From Candidatus Danuiimicrobium aquiferis (GTDB lineage: Bacteria; Omnitrophota; Omnitrophia; Omnitrophales; Danuiimicrobiaceae), in assembly GCA_001804285.1 (NCBI GenBank), contig MHFR01000008.1, forward strand, positions 2,740-66,739: a stretch of DNA of 64,000 bases, in the 5' to 3' direction. Under the pieces are notes generated by a model, which was given only the letters and a program-made list of their open reading frames with translations, searched no databases and had not been told where the DNA came from. The stretch's first letter is position 1, and every line of letters begins with the position of its first letter. Positions 55,229 through 64,000 of this stretch are shown here, one piece after another. Made by a program: the position numbers and the translations under genes.

Positions 55229-56215
55229 CTAAGCTCCTGATTGATACAATCGGACTACTTTTTTCAGCAAATCGTTGACATCGGATCTGGGACTATAACC
55301 ATATTTCTCTGCTTTTGAAATATCCATCACCCAATGACTCATCAACTCTTTGATTTGTTCCGGTGCCGGAAAATCGAAACTTTTAAGAGAAGAAACTCTA
55401 TTAATTAAATGTATGATGCTGCTGAAAAACAAGGCCTTCATCGGAGAAATATTTTTGTTAGGCTCTTGAATATTATTTGTTGAACATATCAGACTGACCA
55501 ATTCGCGCATCAATAGCACTCGCTTGTCTGCGATATTAAACAACTCAACATTCGACAAATTCAAGCTCGGAATCAATGAAAAGAAATCGATCAGATTATC
55601 AATGCTACAAAAACTAATTTGATTGTTGCCATTTCCTATATGTCGGTATGTTTGATGAACAAGCTTCGATGTCAGCACAAAGAGCCTAGAATCCGAATTC
55701 ATTCCTTCACCATAAATAAGAGGGCACCGGACGATCACAATATTTCTCTTAACCGTTGGGAATAGCGTTCTGATAGCAAGCTCTGCCGCCAACTTGCTTT
55801 GCCCGTACAAAGAAATCGGATGTGGCTTCACATTTTCATCATTTTTACTATTTTGGTCGGAAGGCCCACATGCGGTGATGCTACTCAAATAAATAAATTT
55901 TTTGATATTTGTATCAGCAGTGGCCGAATATAAACTGGCAGTTGCTTCACAATTAGCTCTAAATAATTCTTTTTTACTTTGGCTAAAAACCGATCCCGCC
56001 AAATGATAAATAATATCGACATTCTTGATTTTATTTTTCAGCGAGGCCGTGTCAAAAAGGCCGGAAGTCCAAATTTCAATGTTTAGATCTTTCAAGCCGT
56101 CAATTCCGACACTTTCGGGCCGCAATAAACAAATAACTTTATGCCCGTCAGCAATCAAACGCTTTAACAAGTATTTCCCGACAAAACCAGTACTACCAGT
56201 CACAAGAATATTCAC
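55229..56215 (-). CDS. NAD-dependent epimerase/dehydratase
   Basis: ILVTGSTGFVG, YLSS, YGQSK, RCPLIYG. Confidence 0.9.
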   Translation of the reverse strand: MNILVTGSTGFVGKYLLKRLIADGHKVICLLRPESVGIDGLKDLNIEIWTSGLFDTASLKNKIKNVDIIYHLAGSVFSQSKKELFRANCEATASLYSATADTNIKKFIYLSSITACGPSDQNSKNDENVKPHPISLYGQSKLAAELAIRTLFPTVKRNIVIVRCPLIYGEGMNSDSRLFVLTSKLVHQTYRHIGNGNNQISFCSIDNLIDFFSLIPSLNLSNVELFNIADKRVLLMRELVSLICSTNNIQEPNKNISPMKALFFSSIIHLINRVSSLKSFDFPAPEQIKELMSHWVMDISKAEKYGYSPRSDVNDLLKKVVRLYQSGA

Positions 56216-56276
56216 AGTATCACTATCCCTATACCGCGGGTTAATAACGAATCGCTCTATCTCTAAAAAAACAACA

Positions 56277-57962
56277 TTATTTTATAAATTTCCTCACAAC
56301 AATCGCCACATTTTTGCCACCAAACGCCAAACTGTTACAAACAGCTACTTTAAAATCCCCTTTGCGTCCAATATTTGGGACACAATCTAAATCACATTCA
56401 GGATCCGGAACTTCATAGTTTATTGTTGGATGGATAAAACCTTCATGAAGAGCAAGCAGCACGGCGGCTAACTGTTGCCCGCCCGCTGCACCAATTGGGT
56501 GCCCCAACATTGATTTGGACGAAGGCATAACAAGTTTATAAGCATGTTCGCCAAAGACCCTTTTCACAATAGCTGTTTCATAACTATCATTAACCGGAGT
56601 TGCATTGCCATAAGCTTCAAAAATATCAACTTCCTCTGGTTTGATGTTGGCATCTTCCAAAGCAAGTTCGATTGCTAACGAAGTATAATCACCGGAAGGA
56701 TGCGGTTTAGACATATGCCAGGCATCACAAGTAGCACCGTAACCAACTAATTCTCCATAAATGCGAGCGCTCCGCTTTAAGGCATATTCCAATTCTTCTA
56801 TAACAAACACCCAGCCACCTTCCGCAATCACAAAGCCATCTCGATCTTTATTAAAAGGACGCGATGCCTTTTTATCATTGCGCGTTGATATGGCTCCCAT
56901 TTGACAGAAAGCCGCAACAATAGCAGAGGTTACACAAGCATCGGCCCCACCAGCTACTACAATCTCCGATAATCCATATCGGATTTGTTTTAAAGCATAT
57001 CCAAAAGAATCTGTAGCGGATGTGCAACCGTTAGAAAAGGTAATGCACATACCTTTTGCACCTATCGCTCGTGCTGCCTCTGAAGAAATCGCCCCACCAA
57101 AACCTGCGATACCAGCAAATGGACGAACGCGACGCACCCCACCTCTTTCTAACGCGCGTATTTCAGGCTCTGCATAATCAAGGCCAGATGTCGCACTACC
57201 AATAATGACATCCACAGAATCGCAATTAAATAAATCCAACCCAGAATCTTTAACTGCAAGTTTTGATGCCGCAACCGCTAAATGTGCAGATCGCCCCATT
57301 CGTTTAATCTCATGAAAGTCTTCGACAAACAATGATGGGTCGAAATCACGGATTTCTGCTGCAACTTTTGAAGGATACAAAGAACAATCAAATAAAGTAA
57401 TTTGGTCTACACAATTTTTTCCTTCTCTGAGTCCTTTCCAATATTCATCTTTGCCAATCCCACTGGGCGCAACCACTCCGATGCCAGTAATAACAGCCCT
57501 TTTTAAGCCGGTTTTGTCATCTCTTCTTTTATGATGTGGCAGTGGTTCTGACGTAGAATCCTTAAGCTTTCTTTCCTGCTCGATAAGCTGAAGTTCTTCA
57601 TGAATACAGTTCAAAATTACATCATTATCAAATGGCTTAAAAATAAACTTATTAATGCCAAGCTTAATCGCATGCTCAGGAGTATCTTCCTCCGCATACC
57701 CTGTAATTAGAATATATCCGCACCCTATCGCCTTTGCTGAATAAATCTCCTTGATCTTTTGGATCGCAACCACTCCATTATCACCGGGCATTCTGATATC
57801 CGAGATAACCAAGTCAAATTCAAACCGCGCCGCTAACGACACCGCTTCGATGGCATTCGCAGCTTTTCGGACTGCATAACCTTGTTTTGTGAGTAGCTTA
57901 CTAATGCTCTGTAAAACTAATGGATCATCGTCTATTAATAAAATATTGTATGTTCTTTTCAT
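56277..57962 (-). CDS. Receiver domain fused to FabF-type beta-ketoacyl synthase
   Basis: LLIDDD..ISDIRMP..FKPF then AVITGIG, NGCTS, SRPFNKDRDGFV, KSMLGHPIGAAG, NSLAFGG. Confidence 0.9.
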   Translation of the reverse strand: MKRTYNILLIDDDPLVLQSISKLLTKQGYAVRKAANAIEAVSLAARFEFDLVISDIRMPGDNGVVAIQKIKEIYSAKAIGCGYILITGYAEEDTPEHAIKLGINKFIFKPFDNDVILNCIHEELQLIEQERKLKDSTSEPLPHHKRRDDKTGLKRAVITGIGVVAPSGIGKDEYWKGLREGKNCVDQITLFDCSLYPSKVAAEIRDFDPSLFVEDFHEIKRMGRSAHLAVAASKLAVKDSGLDLFNCDSVDVIIGSATSGLDYAEPEIRALERGGVRRVRPFAGIAGFGGAISSEAARAIGAKGMCITFSNGCTSATDSFGYALKQIRYGLSEIVVAGGADACVTSAIVAAFCQMGAISTRNDKKASRPFNKDRDGFVIAEGGWVFVIEELEYALKRSARIYGELVGYGATCDAWHMSKPHPSGDYTSLAIELALEDANIKPEEVDIFEAYGNATPVNDSYETAIVKRVFGEHAYKLVMPSSKSMLGHPIGAAGGQQLAAVLLALHEGFIHPTINYEVPDPECDLDCVPNIGRKGDFKVAVCNSLAFGGKNVAIVVRKFIK

Positions 57963-58150
57963 ACAGCCCTCACAAAATTTTGGATATGCTTTTAGAAGTT
58001 AAAATCTTTAACATCTCTTTATTTTACGGCTTCTTTTGGGTTTTCTGGAGAGGGCTTGTACATTTGGTTCCAGCACACAAGAGCACAGGATCACAGGATC
58101 ACATGAGCATAAGTTACGCTTTTGCATTTGTGCTATTGTGATGACGTCGT

Positions 58151-58344
58151 TTAGCCCGGATTTCTCATCGTTAATAAGAAATTCCGCTCGTAAGAGCTGC
58201 GGTGCAAGGATGTTTGCGTCTTTGCGACGCAGGGCTTATCTTTTGCGCCCTGATTTACCAAGGGCGCAAAACTTTGGTCGAAACTAATTGCGCCCAAAGC
58301 GCCTTTCTCGTCGATTCACAAAATCGATGAGAAAGGCGGGTTAG
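58151..58344. mobile_element. Multi-hairpin MITE-like element; related copy at 63757-63983
   Basis: TAGCCCG..CGGGTTAG ends; six internal hairpins with compensatory changes between copies. Confidence 0.7.
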
Positions 58345-59848
58345 CCCTCTGCCATCATAAACTCAATCACAAATGTCGTCCCTTTACCCGCGTCGCTTTC
58401 TACGGTAATCTTCCCGCCGCTGCGCTCGACAAGCTGTTTAGTGATGTAGAGCCCGAGGCCTGTACCTTGTTCACCTTTCGTCGTTCGAAAAGGTTCAAAG
58501 AGATGTTTCAATTGATCGTGGAAAATTCCGGTTCCGGTATCCAGGATCGTTAAAACAACCGTCCCTGTGTCATTGCGAGGAGGCCCACCAAAAACAGGAC
58601 GACTTGCCCGCCACATTCCTCGGCGGGCGAGCAATCTACGTTCTGAGATTGCCACACCCCTGCCTGTCCGGCAGGCAGGCCTTTGGGGCTCGCAATAACA
58701 GACTTCTACTCGAATTGCAATTTCCCCACCCTCGGGCATCGCCTGACAAGCATTTACGATGAGATTGAATAAAATTTGTTCTAACTCATGTTGATCAATT
58801 TTAACACGCGGCAGATTCTCGGGAATTTGATTTCTGACACTAATTTTCTCAAGCGAAAATTGGTACGCCACTAAATCCAAAACCATCTTCACTGCTTCAG
58901 CAAGCAAAGCATCCGGCAGTTGACTTCCCTTTTGATCCGCACAAGGTTTCGCAAAGTGATTCAAAGTAGTAATAACATTTGTGATCCGGTCTATCTGAAA
59001 TAGCATTTTCTCAAACGATTCCAATGGATCATGATCCGGGCTGCCCTCTTTCCACCTTTCAATTTCAACTTCTACTCTTCCTCGCAGTGCATGCAACGGG
59101 TTCTTGATCTCGTGATTGACGCTCGCCGCAAGGAGTCCGATCGTCGCTAATTTCTCTTTCTGAAATGCATCCGCAATCGCTTCGATATCGAACAGATGGT
59201 ATCTCATCATAAAATAAGCCATCACGAAGGGATAAATCGGCATGATAAATATTCCATATTGTGGGATCCGTATATCATATACGGGAAAAAAAGATAATGA
59301 TCCTCCAATAAATCCAGTTAATGTTGCAATCATAAATCCGAGCATTTGCGTTTGTTCCGGACCGCGCAGGAGCCGCATTCTTTTCACCAGTAAATAAAAA
59401 GCAAAAGGAACGGCAGTATAAAAAACAGCAAATTCAACATGAAAAACCGGGCCGTAGTGAGCAAAGTGAGAAAACTCGAACATCGGTTTTAACTCTGGAA
59501 TCAACCATGGCGTGAACGCCATGCACAAAATAAAAAGTGCCGCCATATAAAAAAATAAAGCAATCTGTAGAATTTTTTCGGATAACCTGTATAAACTATA
59601 ATAAAATGCAGCCAAGTTGCCGAAATAAAAGAAGCTGCCATATTTGCCAATCTTGCGCAAAACAACGCTTGCCCGTAAGGCGTTTGATTGGTTACAACAA
59701 ACGATAAAGCAGAGCTCCAAATACCGACAAATACACAAAATATAAAATACCGCATCCCAACTTCGTCTTGCCGTTTCAGCCAAATAAGCACAGCTATCAG
59801 AAACGTGCAAAATGAAAAAAACAGCAAGCTAAATGTATACGGATTCAT
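58341..59848 (-). pseudogene. 7TM histidine kinase split by a 1-nt frameshift
   Basis: N-terminal TMs in ORF 59501-59848, remainder (YHLFDI, NHEIKNPL, DTGTG, GLGL) in 58341-59810; one more T in the T7 tract (59549-59555) joins them. Confidence 0.8.
58569..58699. repeat. Nested REP inserted in frame in the kinase HATPase domain
   Basis: gtcattgcgag..ctcgcaataac enclosing cctgcctgtccggcaggcagg and cccgcc..ggcggg. Confidence 0.8.
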
Positions 59849-59958
59849 AGTCCCTCAACCGGTTATAAAATAATCATCGGCGGCCAGCCATAAGCACACA
59901 AGAGCATATGTTCTATCTTGTACACTTATACTCACATGCGCTTACCAGTATCCTTTTT

Positions 59959-60090
59959 CCGCAACTGCTTCATTAATGCTTCCAATTTCGCATAGACCAA
60001 GCTTCTCACCCGCGGGTCTTTAATCAGCTCAATCCATCCTTGAACTTTTTTCAACCGGAATTGTTTTGTTAAATGAAGCTCAGGAAACGA
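59959..60090. repeat. 132-bp direct repeat of 60949-61080 (3' end of the AbiEi-like gene)
   Basis: 2 mismatches by read alignment; offset 990 bp. Confidence 0.92.
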
Positions 60091-60124
60091 ACCAAAAAAA
60101 CGATACCGCAATTTACACAAATTT

Positions 60125-60511
60125 TTATTTCAATCGAATTTTTCTTCGAACGAATTCGCGGATTTCTTTCAAAGCCTTGATTGCACCCATAGCATCACGC
60201 CGCATTGCCCGTTCACCCGGATATCTAAATTCAACCGAGTACGGATTTAAAGAAATGATCAGGTCCGAAACCAACTCAAAATCTCCGTCTTCATCGGAAC
60301 AAAGATTTTTTAGAAGAATTAAATCGTGGGTTTTGGGAAAGGAAATCTTTTCACGGGATAGATAAGCTTTTAAATATTTTTCTACGGACTGCTGACTGTG
60401 GAAGCAAATAGAACTGAAAAGATGTTTCCGTTTCGTTTGCGACAAAATAATCGCTGCACAATAGTCTTCTTCCGCTTTTTCGCGCCATTCTCTCGCAATT
60501 TCACTGCTCAT
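60125..60511 (-). CDS. HEPN domain toxin
   Basis: WREKAEED, CFHSQQSVEKYLKAYL, KTHDL, RYP. Confidence 0.92.
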   Translation of the reverse strand: MSSEIAREWREKAEEDYCAAIILSQTKRKHLFSSICFHSQQSVEKYLKAYLSREKISFPKTHDLILLKNLCSDEDGDFELVSDLIISLNPYSVEFRYPGERAMRRDAMGAIKALKEIREFVRRKIRLK

Positions 60512-60842
60512 ACAAGACCTTCCCCTTTTCGATCACTTCGATAAAAAAAGGGTCTTTCAAGCGGAGGCGCTTTCGGATTTCATCCGGGGTGCGAACCATA
60601 ATATCCATAGCAAAAGGATAGTACTGGATTGCCTTTGACACTTCGACCGCACGGGCTGGCGGCCGCTTTTTGCTTTCCATCACAACCAAAAGATCGACGT
60701 CGCTATCATCGTTAACTTTTCCATAGGCATAAGAGCCGAAAAGAATTATTTTTTGAGGACGAAATCCGGCGGCAATTTGATCAACAACTTGCCCGATCAA
60801 TTTACGTTTCTGATTTTTGTTATAATTAGAACAAATCATCAC
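60501..60842 (-). CDS. Minimal nucleotidyltransferase (MNT) antitoxin
   Basis: IILFGSYAYG..DSDVDLLVV; overlaps HEPN start. Confidence 0.92.
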   Translation of the reverse strand: MMICSNYNKNQKRKLIGQVVDQIAAGFRPQKIILFGSYAYGKVNDDSDVDLLVVMESKKRPPARAVEVSKAIQYYPFAMDIMVRTPDEIRKRLRLKDPFFIEVIEKGKVLYEQ

Positions 60843-60945
60843 ATCCCGCCTTTTGCCTGAATGGCGCTATTATAATCAAATTCCTGAAAAAGTTAACTTC
60901 CTTTTCCGGTGCTATTCATGGCACCACGAGAACCGGTACCACAAG

Positions 60946-61566
60946 TCACCGCACCTGCTTCATTAATGCTTCCAATTTCGCATAGACCAAGCTTCTCACC
61001 CGCGGGTCTTTAATCAGCTCAATCCATCCTTGAACTTTTTTCAACCGGAATTGTTTTGTTAAATGAAGTTCAGGAAACGAGCCGTAATTTCTTTTTTTTC
61101 TGACAGACAAATAAAGACTGTCGGCCAAAGCCTTTTCCGGTTCTGCAATCAAAAACCGTCCCGTTCCCTGATGCCAATCAAATCCTTTAAAAAAACTGGG
61201 CTCAATCTGGTGAATCCGATAATGAGCCACCCGCGTCCGAATCAAACGTGAGTGCATCGGCGCAGCACACGTAATCACTTGCGGAATTTGATCGATCAAT
61301 CCATGCAAATGAAGCGCACTCACAAATGAAACATAAACCTGATGGTTGGGTAAGAGAAACGGGATCATATCGTAGGCATTAAAATTGCCTTTTTTGCCCC
61401 ACACGCCCCTGTGAATTTTGTCAAACGCCTCCTGCCGCGATAAGTAATTGAGCGTTTGCGTCACAGTCGATACGGATTTCCCGGTCAGCAAAGAAATTTC
61501 CCGGGTGGTAAAAACGGGCCGGTTCAAACCATGAATCACAGATAAAACACTTTTAGTTTTTTTCAT
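60946..61566 (-). CDS. AbiEi-like type IV antitoxin / transcriptional regulator
   Basis: VFTTREI wHTH, KIHRGVW, YVSFVSALHLHGLIDQIP, IAEPEKALADSLY; ATG 61566 overlaps upstream gene. Confidence 0.85.
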   Translation of the reverse strand: MKKTKSVLSVIHGLNRPVFTTREISLLTGKSVSTVTQTLNYLSRQEAFDKIHRGVWGKKGNFNAYDMIPFLLPNHQVYVSFVSALHLHGLIDQIPQVITCAAPMHSRLIRTRVAHYRIHQIEPSFFKGFDWHQGTGRFLIAEPEKALADSLYLSVRKKRNYGSFPELHLTKQFRLKKVQGWIELIKDPRVRSLVYAKLEALMKQVR

Positions 61567-62329
61567 GACCAAGCGCTTCCAGCAAACCCAACACTTTCGA
61601 TTGAATGTTGTCCCATGAGGAACGCTCCCCATAGACCCGCTGGTCTTCCGATGATAAAAATGAAACAACCGCGGCCTTGTATCCCTGAAAATCGATTTTC
61701 ATCACTCGTTCATACGCTTTTTTGAGAATGGACTGATTAACTTCCACCCGGCATAACTCTGTTTCTGAAATTTGCGAACTCAATAAATAGAGGTCAAACA
61801 CGTCACGGGCCTGCACGACAGTCCTCCCCGTCAAAGCACCCAACTTCTGCACCACGACCGAAGGAGCATGATAATGAGGAATCAAAACGGGAGAAATTTT
61901 ATACCGTTTGAGAATCAAATCCCCCACCACACCGACGTCAGTTTCTCCCGGCTGCTCGCGCCTGGAACATTCAATTTTGGTAAATAAATCCAGACCATTT
62001 GAGGCTTTTAGATGAATTTTAAAACGCTGGGTCGTTTCTGTCTGTTTGGCTTTTGTCAGGTCGGGCGGTTGAATCGCACCAATTCCAAACGCCTTTAATG
62101 CATAAAGGAATGATTGATTCTCGAGAATTTGCATCACATTTTTCTTTAACGTCGCAACGGCAACATGCATGACATCGATATCTAAATCTTCGGAATAACG
62201 GATACTGCCGAAAAAGAGCCTTAGATTAACTCCGCCCTTCAAGGCATACTGATTGGGTTTCAGTTTTCTCCCGAGCCACCTCAAGAATTCGATATGAAAT
62301 ATTTCCCGTAATTGAAGGTCGGTATACAT
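61553..62329 (-). CDS. AbiEii/AbiGii nucleotidyltransferase toxin
   Basis: ALKGGVNLRLFFGSIRYSEDLD, QKLGAL..R..ARDVFDL. Confidence 0.9.
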   Translation of the reverse strand: MYTDLQLREIFHIEFLRWLGRKLKPNQYALKGGVNLRLFFGSIRYSEDLDIDVMHVAVATLKKNVMQILENQSFLYALKAFGIGAIQPPDLTKAKQTETTQRFKIHLKASNGLDLFTKIECSRREQPGETDVGVVGDLILKRYKISPVLIPHYHAPSVVVQKLGALTGRTVVQARDVFDLYLLSSQISETELCRVEVNQSILKKAYERVMKIDFQGYKAAVVSFLSSEDQRVYGERSSWDNIQSKVLGLLEALGHEKN

Positions 62330-62516
62330 ATATGTCTTTTTGTTTAGTTTAAACTAATTAATTACACATATATACTACCATCTAATCCGCCATTTTTCAA
62401 AAACTTTTTCCAGACAAAACTTTTTCCAGACAGCAACCAGTACCGCTTGTTTGCTTGCGTGCTTTCGCAAAATCTTCCGGTACTATTTCAAACGGTACTT
62501 TCACTCTTTTTTCCCG

Positions 62517-63695
62517 TCACTTGAGCGACGGAAGAACGCTCGTGAGAAAATCTCCATAAGGAATTGCGGTTTCTGATTTTGAAAATTTCTGAACACTTCT
62601 TCCCGTATAAATCACATACTTTTCCGCCTGTCTGTGAGCAAATCGATCAAATACTCTCAAACCGTTCAAATCATGTTCAGCAACATTCTTGCCTGATTTG
62701 CATTCAATTGCCAGAAGCCTCGAACCCGTATCCAAAATCCAATCCACTTCTGCCCCCGTGTCTGTACGGAAAGAACTGATTCTCCAGCCTTTTTTGTTGA
62801 TATCATTAAAAGCCATCAATTGGAGAAAAATCCACTGCTCGAAAAGGTTCCCTTTTTCCATGGGGCTAAGGTGACCGCGATGAATTCCAAGAAGCGCATT
62901 GCGCACACCGGGATCAAAGAATACAAAACGTTCCCGCTGGCTAACACGCCTTTTAGACACTTTTGGCCGAAACGCTTGAACTCTATGTACCACAAGCGTA
63001 TCCTCAAGCAGTGCATAAAAACGGCGAAGCGTTTCCTTTGGAATTTCACTGTCGCTGGCGAGCTTTGAGTAATTAATCCACCTGCCGCTCGCTTCGGCCG
63101 CCATGTCGAGAAAACGGGCATAAGCCCCCAAGTTCTGCGTCAAAGCTTCATATTGAATTTCCTCACGTAAGTAGATTTGGCCATAACTTTCAAGAAGCGC
63201 CTCCCCTGTTTCTCCGGCCTCCAAATAAACTCCAGGCAAAGTTCCAATGCGAAGCGCTTTTTCCAAATCAAACCGCTCGCCTAATTCCCAATAAGCTAAT
63301 GGGGCAAGATGCTCAATTAAAATTCTCCCCGGTAAAAGATTGGCGTGCCCGCGTTTCAGTTTTCGCGCACTTGAGCCGGTCAGCAAAAAACGGTGTTTGC
63401 ATCCTTCGTCCAAAAGCACTTGAATGCTATTTAAAAGCGCAGGAACTCGCTGAATTTCATCAATCGCAATCAGCGAAGGTTTCGTAATGGCAGCAATTTC
63501 ACGGTGCAAACGCGCAGGGTCTTTCATATACGAAAGGTATAAACTTTCATCCATTAAATTGATAATCCTCATGGGATGAAGCGATCGCATTAGCGTAGAT
63601 TTACCCACTTGCCTGGGGCCCAAAAGCAAAACACTTTTGGGTGAAGCTTGCAGTCGCTTGGAAAGTATTCTGTCTAACATATGGTCTATTTTCAT
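62517..63695 (-). CDS. AAA_14 ATPase with DUF4143
   Basis: GPRQVGKST, IDEIQR, LTGSS, FFDPGVRN, GNLFE, EVDWI..IECK. Confidence 0.92.
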   Translation of the reverse strand: MKIDHMLDRILSKRLQASPKSVLLLGPRQVGKSTLMRSLHPMRIINLMDESLYLSYMKDPARLHREIAAITKPSLIAIDEIQRVPALLNSIQVLLDEGCKHRFLLTGSSARKLKRGHANLLPGRILIEHLAPLAYWELGERFDLEKALRIGTLPGVYLEAGETGEALLESYGQIYLREEIQYEALTQNLGAYARFLDMAAEASGRWINYSKLASDSEIPKETLRRFYALLEDTLVVHRVQAFRPKVSKRRVSQRERFVFFDPGVRNALLGIHRGHLSPMEKGNLFEQWIFLQLMAFNDINKKGWRISSFRTDTGAEVDWILDTGSRLLAIECKSGKNVAEHDLNGLRVFDRFAHRQAEKYVIYTGRSVQKFSKSETAIPYGDFLTSVLPSLK

Positions 63696-63756
63696 TGAAA
63701 ATGACCCAAAGTCAAGCTTTTTTTGGTTTTTGCCGCTTTCTAACCCGACTTTCTTG

Positions 63757-63983
63757 TTAACCCGCATTTCTCATCTTTATGGATGAGAAATGCGCTCGAA
63801 GAGCTTTTGCGGAAATCATTTAAATTATTTTCGCAAAAGGGTTTATCTTTTGCGCGCTGTTCTATTTGGGCGCGCAAAACTTTGGACAGCACATCCGTAT
63901 TAGTTGTGCTGTCCAAAGCGGTTTTCTCATCGATTGAAAAAATCGATGAGAAAACCGGGTTAACGATGAGAAATCCGGGCTAA
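63757..63983. mobile_element. Multi-hairpin MITE-like element with an extra terminal arm
   Basis: Same hairpin order as 58151-58344. Confidence 0.7.
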
Positions 63984-64000
63984 CGGACTATCGGACGCAT

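Noticed and set aside
59932-60120. 62-aa ORF as an independent gene
   Set aside because: It is the duplicated 3' end of the AbiEi-like gene
62400-62432. 16-bp tandem duplication aaaactttttccagac
   Set aside because: Two copies only; likely slippage, no functional evidence
1-64000. rRNA, tRNA or intact transposase genes
   Set aside because: None recognised by eye

Overview
Bacterial window dominated by one 39.2-kb minus-strand ORF (6851..46081, 13,076 aa). Giant ORF style and REP families suggest an Omnitrophota-like lineage (inference only). The giant protein starts with a Sec-type signal and a TIKI/TraB/ChaN-like domain. It then carries about 20 unrelated cargo modules (glycogen synthase, P-loop+nucleotidyltransferase+ABC1 kinase, epimerase, arginase-fold, PIG-L, three tandem-repeat arrays, GNAT, kinase, CsrA-like, methyltransferase). 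Modules are separated by an in-frame R-[S/A]-E-x-R delimiter (about 42 exact and 10 degenerate copies by manual count), often set in DNA linkers built of covarying hairpins. Two inter-delimiter modules are DUF433/DUF5615(PIN) toxin-antitoxin operons with their own promoters on the opposite strand, which the giant frame reads through without a stop. Best candidate for a new system: a cassette-assembled, possibly self-processing exported polyprotein stabilised by nested antisense TA modules. Left flank: glucan-active protein, D,D-carboxypeptidase, GH57/DUF4912, citrate synthase. Right flank: PDZ protein, XRE-cupin, two-component cluster with a receiver-FabF fusion, TA/defence islet (MNT-HEPN, AbiE, AAA-DUF4143) and many REP/MITE elements.
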